From: an uncultured archaeon
GTDB lineage: Archaea > Asgardarchaeota > Lokiarchaeia > Sigyniarchaeales > SOKP01
Assembly (NCBI GenBank): GCA_964388035.1
Contig: CAYLZE010000010.1
Span: forward strand, 1 to 64,000
Length of the DNA stretch: 64,000 bases
Direction: 5' to 3'
Shown here: positions 9,740 to 20,568 of the stretch, in pieces
Numbering within the stretch: the first letter of the stretch is position 1
Layout of the letters: every line of letters begins with the position of its first letter
Notes under the pieces: model-generated
Database searches by the model: none
Seen by the model: only the letters and a program-made list of their open reading frames with translations
What the model was told of the DNA's origin: nothing
Position numbers and translations under genes: made by a program

Positions 9740-10111
9740 ATGGATCAACAACGATTTGATTTTTTAGTCAACCAGTTAAATGAGTATGAAGGGATTGAAG
9801 AAATCTTCGTGTTAAGCCCAGAGGGAGAAATATTATTTAAGTCGAGCGAATTTTCCCTCACTGCCGAGGAGGCACGCGAAATTTTGGATTCTTGGAAAAA
9901 TAAAAAGCCTTCGATTACCTTTTTAGAAAATAGGTATGCCGTGTTAAAGAATGATGAATTACAGCTAGCAGCTAAAAATATTGCGAAGCAAAAAGGAAAC
10001 GTGGTGGGCTCCAAAACAAAGGAAGGAGATTATCTCCTAGCACATACGAGGGATGAAAATTTAATCTTATTAGAATGGAGCATTCACGTGAATAAAGTAG
10101 CGTGGCTTTAG
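9740..10111 (+). CDS. Profilin-like protein (Asgard type)
   Basis: 123 aa; IFVLSPEGEIL, SITFLENRYAVL and AAKNIAKQKGNVV patterns match the profilin fold. Confidence 0.7.
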   Translation: MDQQRFDFLVNQLNEYEGIEEIFVLSPEGEILFKSSEFSLTAEEAREILDSWKNKKPSITFLENRYAVLKNDELQLAAKNIAKQKGNVVGSKTKEGDYLLAHTRDENLILLEWSIHVNKVAWL

Positions 10112-10340
10112 TCAATGATACTTACATCTAATAAAGAGAATTATCCGTAAATAAACAATAAATTAAATTGAAATGTTGAAAAAACCTCTTTCTTCGAATT
10201 ATTTTTTCTCTCTTTTTAAATTATTTAGAAAAATTATTTATTTTATTAATTATTATATGGTTGTAAGTCAGTAAAGAATAACATGTAGTTTTTAATTAAA
10301 GAATAAGAAAGAATTTAGCTATAACGAGGTGTCATAATAG

Positions 10341-11060
10341 TTGTTTCAGCAAGCAGGCAGAGGATATGACATGGCAATTACTCAATTCTCTCCAGAGGGT
10401 CGTCTCTTTCAAGTAGAATACGCTATTGAAGCCGTTCGTAGGGGCACTACCGCCATCGTGTGTAGAAATAAAACTTCTGTGGTATTTGCGGTAGAAAAAA
10501 AAAGTAATGAATTACAAGAATCCAAATTAGGTTCTGAAAAGATTTTTAAGATAGACGATCACATTGGCGTGGCAATTGCCGGTCTAACTGCAGACGCAAG
10601 GGTGCTCATTGATCGAGCTCGCGTCCAAGCACAAGTTAATTTATTAAATTATGATGAGAAAATTTCAGTAAAGGATATCACTATAAATATTTGCGAATAT
10701 AAGCAAGCCTTTACCCAAAATGCGGGTGTTAGACCATTTGGCGTGAGCTTTCTCGTTGCTGGAATTGATGCAAATGGGACTCCTGCCATGTATTTGACAG
10801 ATCCCAGCGGGGCCATGTGGGGCTATAAAGCTTTTGCCATAGGTTCTGGCGCGAACGAAGCTAGGACATATCTCGAGGAAAATTACGATGAGACCGTTTC
10901 CGACGAGGAGTTAAAGATTCTTCCATTAAAAGCCCTGAAGGAACTGATGGGTGATGATATGAATGAAAATACTTGCGATGTGGCTTTTATATTGCAAGAG
11001 GATAAAACGTTTAGATTATTAGACGATGCGGAAAAGAAAGAACTCCTCGCCAAATTATAA
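10341..11060 (+). CDS. psmA: Proteasome subunit alpha
   Basis: GYDMAITQFSPEGRLFQVEYA signature; RPFGVS. Confidence 0.97.
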   Translation: MFQQAGRGYDMAITQFSPEGRLFQVEYAIEAVRRGTTAIVCRNKTSVVFAVEKKSNELQESKLGSEKIFKIDDHIGVAIAGLTADARVLIDRARVQAQVNLLNYDEKISVKDITINICEYKQAFTQNAGVRPFGVSFLVAGIDANGTPAMYLTDPSGAMWGYKAFAIGSGANEARTYLEENYDETVSDEELKILPLKALKELMGDDMNENTCDVAFILQEDKTFRLLDDAEKKELLAKL

Positions 11061-11151
11061 TTTTAAGATCATGGCTTTTTTTATCCAATATGAAATTTGA
11101 TATATTTGAAATGGGAACTATAGTGGATTATAAGAAAAATAGGGATTGTAA

Positions 11152-11943
11152 TTGATAGATCGACCGAGGACGGATTTTGGTAAATTCATAATTGGACGTA
11201 TTGAGAAATCAGGAAGGACTTTTGAGATGCTAATGGATCCAGAGCAAGCTTGGGATGCTAAGAAAATTATTCGGGAAGAAATCAACACCCGATTGAAAGA
11301 GGGAAGTGGTAAATCCCGTATTACCGTGGACGATATCATGAAGGATCCAAGAATTGATTTAGGGCTAATTTTTGAGAATTTTACCGTCTACGAAGATATA
11401 AGACGGGGAAAAAGAGCGACGGAAGGCGATATGGAAGCTATATTTGAAACCACGGATGGCACGACTATTGGGGCACACGTTTTATTAGAAGGAAAGATCC
11501 AATGGACCCAAGAGCAGAGAGACGAGGAACGAGAGAAAATATTGAAAAAAATAATAACTATCATTGCTAAAAATGCTATCAATCCCCAAAATAACAAACC
11601 CCATCCTTCAGAGAGGATTGAAAAAGCTATCGATCAAGTTGGGGTGAAATTAGATCTTACTAAAAATGCCGAAGAACAGGTGGATGACGTGGTTAAGAAA
11701 ATCCAAACGGTCATTCCCATTAAGATGGAACAAGTAGAAATGGCATTAAAAATTCCCGCAACCTATACTGCAAAAGGGTATAATATCGTTGCTCAGTATG
11801 TCCAAATAAAAAAGGAAGAATGGCAATCGGATGGTTCTTGGGTATCCGTGGTAAGTCTTCCTGCAGGTCTGCAAATGGAACTGATGGATAAGCTCAATAA
11901 GCTCACCCATGGTCGCGTTCAGACCAAAATCTTGAAATCCTAA
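11152..11943 (+). CDS. Ribosome maturation factor SBDS/Sdo1
   Basis: INPQNNKPHP..RIEKA, EEWQSDGSW; conserved position after psmA. Confidence 0.93.
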   Translation: MIDRPRTDFGKFIIGRIEKSGRTFEMLMDPEQAWDAKKIIREEINTRLKEGSGKSRITVDDIMKDPRIDLGLIFENFTVYEDIRRGKRATEGDMEAIFETTDGTTIGAHVLLEGKIQWTQEQRDEEREKILKKIITIIAKNAINPQNNKPHPSERIEKAIDQVGVKLDLTKNAEEQVDDVVKKIQTVIPIKMEQVEMALKIPATYTAKGYNIVAQYVQIKKEEWQSDGSWVSVVSLPAGLQMELMDKLNKLTHGRVQTKILKS

Positions 11944-12036
11944 CCTGCTAATCTTATTAATTAATCGCTATTCATGTTCATTCTTTTCTAATAAAAGTTA
12001 TATTCAAATTACAAATAGATGTGTGAGTAAAGATAG

Positions 12037-12825
12037 ATGGAAGAAGAAATTGAACTGGAAGACGAAGATGTTTTTGAAGATGAAAAAGCGCCCAGGGAGA
12101 TCGTCATTCCGGGAGAAATACTTTATTCTTTTGAAGAGGGAAAGCCCGTCATGAACGCTGGACGGGGTACCATCATCAATCCGAAAACAGAAGAAATTAT
12201 TTCATTAACGATTGGATTAAAGCAAATTTCCAAAAACTACATTAACGTCATTCCCCTTCGAGGTTTTTATACTCCACGACCAGGAGATAAAGTGTTGGCC
12301 GTAGTTACCGATAAAAATCCCGTGAAATATAAATGTGACATCGCAGCTAAAGATTTTGCTCAATTAAAGCCAAAAAACATGGTAAAAAAGGATCACAAAA
12401 GACTGAAAAAATTTGGAAAATCCGGAGAAATGAAAAAAGAAGAATTTACGGAATCATATGAAATTGGAGATGTCGTTATTGCCAAGGTCCTTTCAGCGGA
12501 TAGATTGAATTTACCCGAATTGACCACGATTGGCAAATATTTAGGTAAGAAAATGGGAGGCATCATCGTATCAATCGATCCGCCCAAGGTCCCTCGCATT
12601 ATCGGGCGCAATGGTTCCATGATTAAAATGTTGAAGAAATTAACCAATTGTAGTATATTCGTGACGCAAAATGGTCGTATTTGGATTAAAGGGGAGAGTT
12701 TTGTTAACGAACGCCTTTTGATTGATGCGATTTATAAAATAGCGTCAGAAGCTCACACGATTGGTTTAACAGACAGAATGCAGGAATTTATAGAAAATGA
12801 AAAAATTAAAAGAGGAATAAAGTAA
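12037..12825 (+). CDS. rrp4: Exosome RNA-binding subunit Rrp4
   Basis: S1 + KH domains (KVPRIIGRNGSMI, QNGRIWI). Confidence 0.95.
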   Translation: MEEEIELEDEDVFEDEKAPREIVIPGEILYSFEEGKPVMNAGRGTIINPKTEEIISLTIGLKQISKNYINVIPLRGFYTPRPGDKVLAVVTDKNPVKYKCDIAAKDFAQLKPKNMVKKDHKRLKKFGKSGEMKKEEFTESYEIGDVVIAKVLSADRLNLPELTTIGKYLGKKMGGIIVSIDPPKVPRIIGRNGSMIKMLKKLTNCSIFVTQNGRIWIKGESFVNERLLIDAIYKIASEAHTIGLTDRMQEFIENEKIKRGIK

Positions 12826-13616
12826 TGACGTTATTAATCAAAGATGAATATCCTAAAAAACTATTAAGAGAAGATGGGAAGCGTCTTGATGGTCGCGAGT
12901 ATTTGGAGTTAAGACCAATAAAAATGGAAGTCGATGTCATTAAAAACGCTGATGGAAGTGCCTATATTGAATGGGGAAACAATAAGATCTACGCTGCTGT
13001 ATACGGGCCACGAGAGGTACATCCTCATCATCTTGCTAAACCAGATCGGGGTGTTTTACGGGTGTTTTATCGCATGGCAACGTTCTCGGTATTTGAAAGA
13101 AAAAGACCCGCTCCAGGGAGAAGAGAAAAGGAAATCTCCATGATCATTGGAGAATGTTTGGAACCGGTATTATTTCTCGAACTATATCCCGGAACTAGTT
13201 TTGAGGTTTATATTCAAGTGATTGACGCCGATGGAGGCACCAGGTGTGCAAGCACCACTGTTGCTGCTCTAGCGCTAGCAGATGCTGGCATCCCAATGAG
13301 AAGCTTAATCACCGCTGTGGCAATAGGTAAGATTGACGATCAATTAGTCGTTGATTTATCTGGAATTGAGGATAAAGCCGGACAGGCAGATCTTCCTTGT
13401 GCTATTACGTGGTTTAATAATGAATTTTCATTATTGCAGTTTGACGGAGTAATGAGCGTGGAAGAATATCATAAATCATTGGAGCTTGCTTATAATGCAT
13501 TGAAAACCATTTATGGTCTGCAAGAACAGGCTTTAAAAAGAAAATATATTAACATACAAGAACGAGTATTACACTCTCAAAAAGCGGTCGAAGAAGGAGG
13601 CGATAACCAAGCATGA
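12825..13616 (+). CDS. rrp41: Exosome exonuclease Rrp41
   Basis: RLDGR, ADGSAY, VYGPRE, ADGGTR. Confidence 0.97.
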   Translation: MTLLIKDEYPKKLLREDGKRLDGREYLELRPIKMEVDVIKNADGSAYIEWGNNKIYAAVYGPREVHPHHLAKPDRGVLRVFYRMATFSVFERKRPAPGRREKEISMIIGECLEPVLFLELYPGTSFEVYIQVIDADGGTRCASTTVAALALADAGIPMRSLITAVAIGKIDDQLVVDLSGIEDKAGQADLPCAITWFNNEFSLLQFDGVMSVEEYHKSLELAYNALKTIYGLQEQALKRKYINIQERVLHSQKAVEEGGDNQA

Positions 13617-14440
13617 TGGATATTAAACGAGTTATTTCTAATATAGAACGGGATTATATCAAGTCCAATCTGAAAAAAGAAAATCGAATCGATGGTCGAG
13701 GTTTATGGGATTATCGAGAATTTGATATCAAAACGGATTGCGTTGCATCCGCTGAAGGTTCCTCTGACGTGAGTCTTGGAGAAAGCCGGATTATTACGGG
13801 GTTGAAATATGAAATTGGAGAACCTTTCATGGATCAACCTGAGGAAGGTGTGTGCACGATCATGGCAGAGTTGCTTCCTTTAGCCTCTCCGTTATTTGAG
13901 AGTGGTCCTCCAGATGAGCAATCTATTGAATTGGCACGGGTAGTCGACAGAGGAATAAGGCACGCGGATTGCATACAAACTAAGAATCTTTGTATTAAGG
14001 TAGGGAAAGCGGTGTACATCCTGTTCGTGGACATGTATGTCATCAATGATGGCGGGAATTTGGTAGATTGCGGTGGAATTGGAGCCTTGACTGCATTACT
14101 ATCTGCTCGCGTTCCGGAAGGTATTTGGAACGAAACGGAAAATCAAGTGGAATGGACAGGAAAATATTTAACCGGCAATAAGATTATAAAAGAATTACCC
14201 TTGGTAATCACTTATGGGAAAATTGATGATATTATCTTCTTGGATCCTTCCACCCCTGAGGAATTAGTATCAGACGGAAGAATTTCCATATCAGTCACTG
14301 AAAATAGAACAATAACTTCCATTCAAAAAAGTGGCACGGCGACTTTTACCATGGAAGAACTAAAGATGCTTGGGGAAAAAACGTTTGATATCGCAGATCA
14401 ATTGAGAAAGAAACTCGATCTTCGAAAATATAGCTCTTAA
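13613..14440 (+). CDS. rrp42: Exosome subunit Rrp42
   Basis: RIDGR, ELARVVDRGIR, SIQKSG. Confidence 0.97.
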   Translation: MMDIKRVISNIERDYIKSNLKKENRIDGRGLWDYREFDIKTDCVASAEGSSDVSLGESRIITGLKYEIGEPFMDQPEEGVCTIMAELLPLASPLFESGPPDEQSIELARVVDRGIRHADCIQTKNLCIKVGKAVYILFVDMYVINDGGNLVDCGGIGALTALLSARVPEGIWNETENQVEWTGKYLTGNKIIKELPLVITYGKIDDIIFLDPSTPEELVSDGRISISVTENRTITSIQKSGTATFTMEELKMLGEKTFDIADQLRKKLDLRKYSS

Positions 14441-14564
14441 ATTATAATGAATTTTATTTTATAAATTATAAATCTATTTTTGATTCTTTTTATAGTAAAA
14501 ATTTTATTTTATAATGTGTTTCTATTTTTAATTAAGTACGTTTTAATAATTATTGGTGAAAATT

Positions 14565-14855
14565 TTGGCTAAGAGAAAGTCAAAAGTTGGTATCAGTGGT
14601 CGCTTCTCGAGTCGGTATGGTGCTACTCTGAGAAAGCGCTGGAAAAATATCATGGAATTAGAGAAAGGAAAAATAAAGTGTCCCCGCTGTGAAATACGAG
14701 GATCCGTGCGTAGAACATCCACGGGTATTTGGCATTGCAAAAAATGCGGTGCTACTTTTACGGGAGGTGCATATTTTATCCAAACGCAACGAGGACTGGA
14801 AGCATATAGGACGGCAAGACGCAAGCAAAGAGAATTAGAACTAATTGAAGAATGA
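14565..14855 (+). CDS. rpl37ae: 50S ribosomal protein L37ae (eL43)
   Basis: GRFSSRYGATLRK, CPRC...WHCKKCG...GGAY; TTG start after a GGTGA SD. Confidence 0.95.
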   Translation: MAKRKSKVGISGRFSSRYGATLRKRWKNIMELEKGKIKCPRCEIRGSVRRTSTGIWHCKKCGATFTGGAYFIQTQRGLEAYRTARRKQRELELIEE

Positions 14856-15139
14856 AGCAAAATACAAGTAATTTTTCCATACAAAGCAAGATCACTTTTC
14901 TTTTTAATAATTCGCGATATCGAGAAATAGCGTATAATTCTTACCTCCCTGAATTTCAAAAGCTTCAGACAAAACGATCGAAAATATCCATGAAGAAAAA
15001 AAACGACCATGCTCTATTATTTTTTGTCCGAAGTAAAGATATCACGGCCTTTAGAGCATCAATCAACGATATCATATCATTAGGAAAAATCGTGGAAAAT
15101 TCCATTAATATCGTAGAAAAAAGAGAAGATGAAGGCTAA
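14852..15139 (+). CDS. pcc1: KEOPS complex subunit Pcc1
   Basis: SKDITAFRASIN motif; conserved position between rpl37ae and pfdB. Confidence 0.85.
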   Translation: MKQNTSNFSIQSKITFLFNNSRYREIAYNSYLPEFQKLQTKRSKISMKKKNDHALLFFVRSKDITAFRASINDIISLGKIVENSINIVEKREDEG

Positions 15140-15215
15140 AAAGCTATAATCCAAAATTTTAAATTCATGCCAATAAATTAATTCATGAAAAATCATTTCA
15201 ATTAAGAGAAAAAAA

Positions 15216-15578
15216 ATGACAATTAACTTAAATGATTTACCGGAAGAAATTAAGCAGAAGGGAATAGCACTTCAGAATTTAAGGCGAAGCTTTACGATCA
15301 TGAATACTGAGAAATATAGAATAGACGAATCTTTATCAGATACAGAATCAGCCATTAAAGAACTGGAAGAATGCGCTCCAGAAACTAATGTCTATAAATC
15401 CATCGGAGGAATCATGGTGAATGTTGAAAAGGATAAAATATTAGCCGAAAAGAAATCCATGAAGACCACTTTGGAAATGAGATCAAAAACGCTCTCTCAA
15501 AAATTAGAAAGATTAAAAAATCAATTAGAAACTGCTGAAAAATCATTTCAAACAGATTTGCAAAATTTCAAAGTTTAA
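15216..15578 (+). CDS. pfdB: Prefoldin beta subunit
   Basis: Coiled coils flanking the VYKSIGGIMV hairpin. Confidence 0.9.
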   Translation: MTINLNDLPEEIKQKGIALQNLRRSFTIMNTEKYRIDESLSDTESAIKELEECAPETNVYKSIGGIMVNVEKDKILAEKKSMKTTLEMRSKTLSQKLERLKNQLETAEKSFQTDLQNFKV

Positions 15579-15707
15579 AGAATCAACATGGTCATCATCG
15601 AAGCTCTATTTTATTTTAAATCCCTGTTTTTTTCCTCATGCTTATATACGTGTAAACTTTCTGCATTTGTCAATATTAAATAATTATCAATAGATCGTGA
15701 TAATCTT

Positions 15708-16754
15708 TTGAAGATCACTAATGATCCTGCGAAAATCGCTTCTGACTTTGAAAAGATTTTACCTCTTTTAAAATCTCAAGAGGTAGTACTTACGACCCAT
15801 GATCAGGCGGATATTGACGCGATTAGTTCATCTATCGTTTTAAAATATATTTTAGAAAATATTTTTCCGAATCAAGGAGTATTCCTTTATATTCCTCACC
15901 TTTCCAAAATTTCTCGAAGTTACTTGGATAAATTTTCAAAAAAATTCCCCACTTTTAAGATTAATTTAACTCCCGATCCCCTTCCCTCTATAAAAGAGTT
16001 CCTTATCATATTGGATACGAATAACATGGACCGTGTTTTTTTTCCTGAAAATTCTCCTCTCAATTTGATAAACCAACCGTATATTTTTATAGATCATCAT
16101 CACGAATCCCTCTCGAATGCGAATCAGATTCTTAAAGAGTACAATTTAATTTTTCCTCAAATTACCTCAACTTCAGAAATAGTTCTTGAAATTAGCAGAG
16201 CCCTCAAACTCGACTTACCTCCCGCATGTAAATTTTTATTACTTTCGGGAATCCTAGTTGATAGTGGATTTTTTCGCTATGGTTATAATGATACCTTTAA
16301 ACGAGGGGCCTCCTTAGTCAATGGAGATGTGTCCTTAAACGAAATTATCTCCGTGTTAGAAGAAGAAATATCAATTCCGGAAAGAATTGCCATTATAAAA
16401 GGGTTTCAACGAGTAAAGCTCATTCGGGAAGGGGATTGGCTAATAGGGATTTCGCATGTTGGAAGCTATGAAGCGATCTTAGCCACGCGATTAATAAAAC
16501 TAGGGTTTGATTTAGGAATCGTATATTCTGAGAAAAAGGAAGGATTTCGCATCAGTATTCGGGCAAAAATGAATTTTTGTATTCAATATGGATTAAATCT
16601 TGGGGCGATAATAGAGTCCATTTCTAATATTTGTGATGGGAGTGGAGGTGGACATCAATGTGCAGCGTCATTAAACGGAAAACATCACATGCAGCAAACT
16701 TTAGACGCAATTCTGCAAAAAATTATAAAATCTTTAAAGGAACGAGAGTTATAA
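15708..16754 (+). CDS. DHH/DHHA1 family phosphoesterase
   Basis: HDQADIDA, IDHH, GGGHQCAA. Confidence 0.9.
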   Translation: MKITNDPAKIASDFEKILPLLKSQEVVLTTHDQADIDAISSSIVLKYILENIFPNQGVFLYIPHLSKISRSYLDKFSKKFPTFKINLTPDPLPSIKEFLIILDTNNMDRVFFPENSPLNLINQPYIFIDHHHESLSNANQILKEYNLIFPQITSTSEIVLEISRALKLDLPPACKFLLLSGILVDSGFFRYGYNDTFKRGASLVNGDVSLNEIISVLEEEISIPERIAIIKGFQRVKLIREGDWLIGISHVGSYEAILATRLIKLGFDLGIVYSEKKEGFRISIRAKMNFCIQYGLNLGAIIESISNICDGSGGGHQCAASLNGKHHMQQTLDAILQKIIKSLKEREL

Positions 16755-16786
16755 TACATTAAAGAATGAAAGGTAATTAGATGTAA

Positions 16787-17629
16787 ATGGCTCTAATCAA
16801 ATTCAATAATTTTCATTATCGATATAAAGGAAATGAAGAATATGCCTTAAATAATATTAATTTGAAGATACTTGAAAACAAATTCATTTTATTAATAGGA
16901 GCCACAGGTTCGGGTAAGACATCGCTTATAAGGTCATTGAATGGCTTAATTCCTCAATTTTACGCTGGTTATTATAAGGGGAGCGTGGTAATGAATGGAA
17001 AAGATACAACTAAAACGTCAATCGCAGACTTATCAACGGAAGTCGGCATTGTATTTCAAAATCCGGAAAATCAACTCATTGCTATGACCGTAGAAAATGA
17101 AATAGCGTTCGGTTTAGAGAATTTAGGCGTTCCAAGAGAGATTATCAAAGAAAAAATAGCAGACGTGGTAAAATTATTGGAAATAGAATCCCTCCTGGAT
17201 AAAGCTCCTTTTAATCTTAGTGGTGGAGAGCAACAAAGAGTAGCAATTGCTTCAATTCTTGTTCTCCAGCCAAAAATTTTAGTTTTAGATGAACCCACGG
17301 CGACGTTAGATCCTTACTTTGCTAAAATTTTACTTCGCCAATTAAAAAAAATTCAAGAAGAAAAAGAATTAACTGTCCTCATAAGCGAACATCGCATGGA
17401 TTTAATCATACCCTTGGTGGATGAAATTATTGTCATGAACGAAGGAAAAATTATGGAACATGGCACTACAAAGGAAGTAATGAACAGCGAGATTTACCAG
17501 CAATTAGATGTGAATAAACCCGTAATATATTCGATCTTTTATGAATTGAAAAAAAAAGGACGCATACATGGGAATATTCCTATTTCAATCAATGAAGCTG
17601 TTGATTATATTAAAAATTGTATTTCTTAA
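16787..17629 (+). CDS. ecfA1: ECF transporter ATPase
   Basis: GATGSGKT, FQNPENQ, LSGGEQQR, LDEPT. Confidence 0.9.
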   Translation: MALIKFNNFHYRYKGNEEYALNNINLKILENKFILLIGATGSGKTSLIRSLNGLIPQFYAGYYKGSVVMNGKDTTKTSIADLSTEVGIVFQNPENQLIAMTVENEIAFGLENLGVPREIIKEKIADVVKLLEIESLLDKAPFNLSGGEQQRVAIASILVLQPKILVLDEPTATLDPYFAKILLRQLKKIQEEKELTVLISEHRMDLIIPLVDEIIVMNEGKIMEHGTTKEVMNSEIYQQLDVNKPVIYSIFYELKKKGRIHGNIPISINEAVDYIKNCIS

Positions 17630-17650
17630 ATAAAAAGGAAAGAATAAAAA

Positions 17651-18490
17651 ATGAGTACCGATCCGCCTATTATTGCATTGCATCATCTTTTCTATAAATT
17701 TCCAGATACTCAAAATTACGTGTTGAAAGATATTTCCTTTGCTATGAATAAAGGTGAAGTTATTGGCATCATGGGCAGTAATGGTGCAGGAAAAACGACT
17801 CTGATTAAAACTCTAAATGGATTGATAAGGCCAACCGAAGGGAAACTTTTTTTTAGAGGGGAAGATACCACTTCCAAAACCACTGCAGTATTATCTAGAA
17901 AAATAGGTCTCGTGTTCCAAAATCCCAACCATCAATTATTCTCAAATACTGTAGAGGATGAAATGAAATTCTCTCTCAAAAATTTTGAGTACACTAAAGA
18001 GGAAAAGGAAGAAATAATAGATCAAATGCTTATATCTTTCAATTTAAATAAATATAAAAATCGCTCTCCTTTTAGTCTTTCTGGGGGAGAAATGAAAAAA
18101 TTATCGATAGCGTCCATAATTTGTAGAGACCCTGAAATCTTGGTTTTTGATGAGCCGACCTTGGGGCAAGACGCCAAATCTTTGCGATTCTTTATCGATT
18201 TGTTAAATAAAGAGAAAGCTAAAGAAAAAAGTATTATAATCGTTACTCATAATGTAGAGTTTGCATTAGAACATATACCAAGAATATTATTAATGAAAAA
18301 GGGAGAATTAATCGCGGACGGTCCAACTTTAAAAGTTCTTAATAATCCAATATTAGTTAGAGAGGCATCATTGACTTTCTCTCAAGTAAACAAGTTAAAG
18401 ATAGTTCTTGAAAAGAATGGCATTGATGTACCTAAAGATATTAGCTTAAAGGAGGAAATGGTTCATTTTCTAGAAAGTTACTTAAAATAG
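17651..18490 (+). CDS. ecfA2: ECF transporter ATPase
   Basis: GSNGAGKT, FQNPNHQLF, LSGGE, DEPTLGQD. Confidence 0.9.
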   Translation: MSTDPPIIALHHLFYKFPDTQNYVLKDISFAMNKGEVIGIMGSNGAGKTTLIKTLNGLIRPTEGKLFFRGEDTTSKTTAVLSRKIGLVFQNPNHQLFSNTVEDEMKFSLKNFEYTKEEKEEIIDQMLISFNLNKYKNRSPFSLSGGEMKKLSIASIICRDPEILVFDEPTLGQDAKSLRFFIDLLNKEKAKEKSIIIVTHNVEFALEHIPRILLMKKGELIADGPTLKVLNNPILVREASLTFSQVNKLKIVLEKNGIDVPKDISLKEEMVHFLESYLK

Positions 18491-18508
18491 ATTAACGGAG
18501 AAAGTATC

Positions 18509-19276
18509 ATGTCATTACAATTCTTAGAAGCCTTCAAATTTCTTAAAAAAAAATCGCTCATTCATTCATTGGATCCCCGCGCAAAACTTCTTTTTTCATT
18601 CTTATACGCAATAGATGCCCTGCTATTTACTGAAATCATCCCTTTGGCTTTCATTTTATTAACCATTCTGCCTGTTATATTTATCGGAAGATTAACAAAA
18701 CAGTGGTGGAAAAGCATTCGAGGATTGTCCTTTCTGATTCTGCTCATAATTTTTCTTAATACTCTCTTTCTTTCCTTGAATTTTGCTATTGCGATGGTTT
18801 TGAGAATCATTATCATGATCTCTGCGTTTTCTATTTTCTTTTTGTCTGTAGATCCTAATGATTTAGCCCTTTCCTTAATATCTATGAAAATTCCCTATGA
18901 ATATGGTTTTTCATTTTCCTTGGCTTTTAGATTTGTTCCTACCATTGCTCAAGAAGCTCAAAATATAATTGATGCTCAAAAAAGTAGAGGATATGAGATG
19001 GAACAAAAAGGTATTATAAGTCAGATAAAAAATCTGTTTCCCTTGCTGGTACCCCTAATCATTTGCTCCATAAGAAGAGCATTTAATGTTGCAGAGGCTC
19101 TTGAATCAAGAGCTTTTGGTAGTCAAAAAACTAGGACATATTATACTTCGATTAGATACACTTTAAAGGATTGGATTTTCACGCTCCTTTACCTTACAGA
19201 ATCAATTATTTTAATCATGTTAAGAATTAATATTCTCCAAGTGCCTATTTGGCTTAATTGGAGCATGCCTTTTTGA
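18509..19276 (+). CDS. ecfT: ECF transporter T component
   Basis: LDPRAK, RFVP, AQKSRG, ALESRAF. Confidence 0.92.
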   Translation: MSLQFLEAFKFLKKKSLIHSLDPRAKLLFSFLYAIDALLFTEIIPLAFILLTILPVIFIGRLTKQWWKSIRGLSFLILLIIFLNTLFLSLNFAIAMVLRIIIMISAFSIFFLSVDPNDLALSLISMKIPYEYGFSFSLAFRFVPTIAQEAQNIIDAQKSRGYEMEQKGIISQIKNLFPLLVPLIICSIRRAFNVAEALESRAFGSQKTRTYYTSIRYTLKDWIFTLLYLTESIILIMLRINILQVPIWLNWSMPF

Positions 19277-19745
19277 TATTTACTTAAAAAAGTTTGATAG
19301 ATTAATGGTTAATAAAGCGTGCGAATTACCAATTAAAAGGATCAAAATGTTTTTATCCTAAATAGAGGCAATTTCTTACTATTTTTTGTTGGAAAATAAT
19401 AACGAATTTCTGCCGATATTCAAAAATGGAAAATATAGAAATAATTATCGTTCTAAATAATAATTTTTAATCTTGAAGTTAACTTATGTTGCTCGAATAT
19501 ATTTGGCTAGCGGGCAATCTATAATATTGAAGAACTTGAAACAACTTGCCACAAATCAAGTATTCAAAAACTGGGAGATATTCATCATTATCAAATGGTT
19601 TTATTTTATTTTAAAACCGCTCAAATTCGCCTATAAATTACGGTTCTCTCCAATTTTTTTCATTTTCTTTTCTTTTTTTGTTTAATGCGTTTTCATAAAA
19701 TTAATCTCAACTCAAGTCTTACAATGTCTCATGAAAATGGAAGTC

Positions 19746-19904
19746 TTTTAATCATGTTGCGAATTAATATTTCATATTAATGATTTAGATTTACAATATT
19801 TTAATCATGTTACGAATTAATGTTCTCCAAATTTTAATCATGATGAGAATTAATATTCTCCAAATGCCTATTTTGCTTAATTGGAGCAGCCCTTGTGATG
19901 TTTT
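19746..19904 (+). repeat. Degenerate duplications of the ecfT 3' end (and a cgi121 5' piece)
   Basis: 19831-19904 resembles 19208-19281; shorter copies at ~19746 and ~19799; 19781-19801 resembles 19931-19951. Confidence 0.8.
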
Positions 19905-20561
19905 ATGAAGACGGAAGAATTTTATATAGATGATTTAGATTTGCAATATTTTGTAGGTCTTGGCAAGCTCACAATACAAGGAAAAAAACCCTCACTGGAT
20001 CACCTTTTTAAATCAATTGAATCGATTCAAAAGGCTCATGATCAAGTTGTAATTCAATTTTTTAATGATGAATATGTATTAAACGAAGATCACGTCTATT
20101 CTGCCATATATTTTGTTCAGAATGCCTTTGCTAGCAATTTAAATATAGCGACTTCAAAAAATATTGAATATTTGCTTTATTTAGCAGCAAATCGACAAAT
20201 AAGCATGGCAATGAAATTTTTTGGAATTACAACTGAGCACGTGAACCAAAGGGGGTTAAACTTTTGCATCATCTCCTCTCAGGATAATTTAACTCCAATA
20301 CTTCAAGAACTCTTGCAAACTTTAAAAGCAGAAGAATCGGAATTAGAACTTGGAAATAACGACCTACCAAAATTGCAAAAAATTACCAATTTGTTTAAAT
20401 TTAATGAAGAGCAAATTAAAACCATAATGGAATCCTATGGTATTAAAAAAAAAACCTTGCCCATACTCCTTAAAGACACGGATATGGCAGAAAAAGTTCT
20501 TTTGGACTTAATAGGCGAGGAGATGGCATTATTAAGTCTAGAAAAGATTAAATTAGAATGA
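19905..20561 (+). CDS. cgi121: KEOPS complex subunit Cgi121
   Basis: EYLLYLAANRQISMAMKFFG motif. Confidence 0.88.
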   Translation: MKTEEFYIDDLDLQYFVGLGKLTIQGKKPSLDHLFKSIESIQKAHDQVVIQFFNDEYVLNEDHVYSAIYFVQNAFASNLNIATSKNIEYLLYLAANRQISMAMKFFGITTEHVNQRGLNFCIISSQDNLTPILQELLQTLKAEESELELGNNDLPKLQKITNLFKFNEEQIKTIMESYGIKKKTLPILLKDTDMAEKVLLDLIGEEMALLSLEKIKLE

Positions 20562-20568
20562 TATAGAT

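Noticed and set aside
11255-11345. In-frame insertion in SBDS as a hidden intron
   Set aside because: No convincing BHB; reads as ordinary protein sequence
19746-19860. CRISPR-like array
   Set aside because: Repeats are degenerate, irregularly spaced and derive from ecfT; no cas genes
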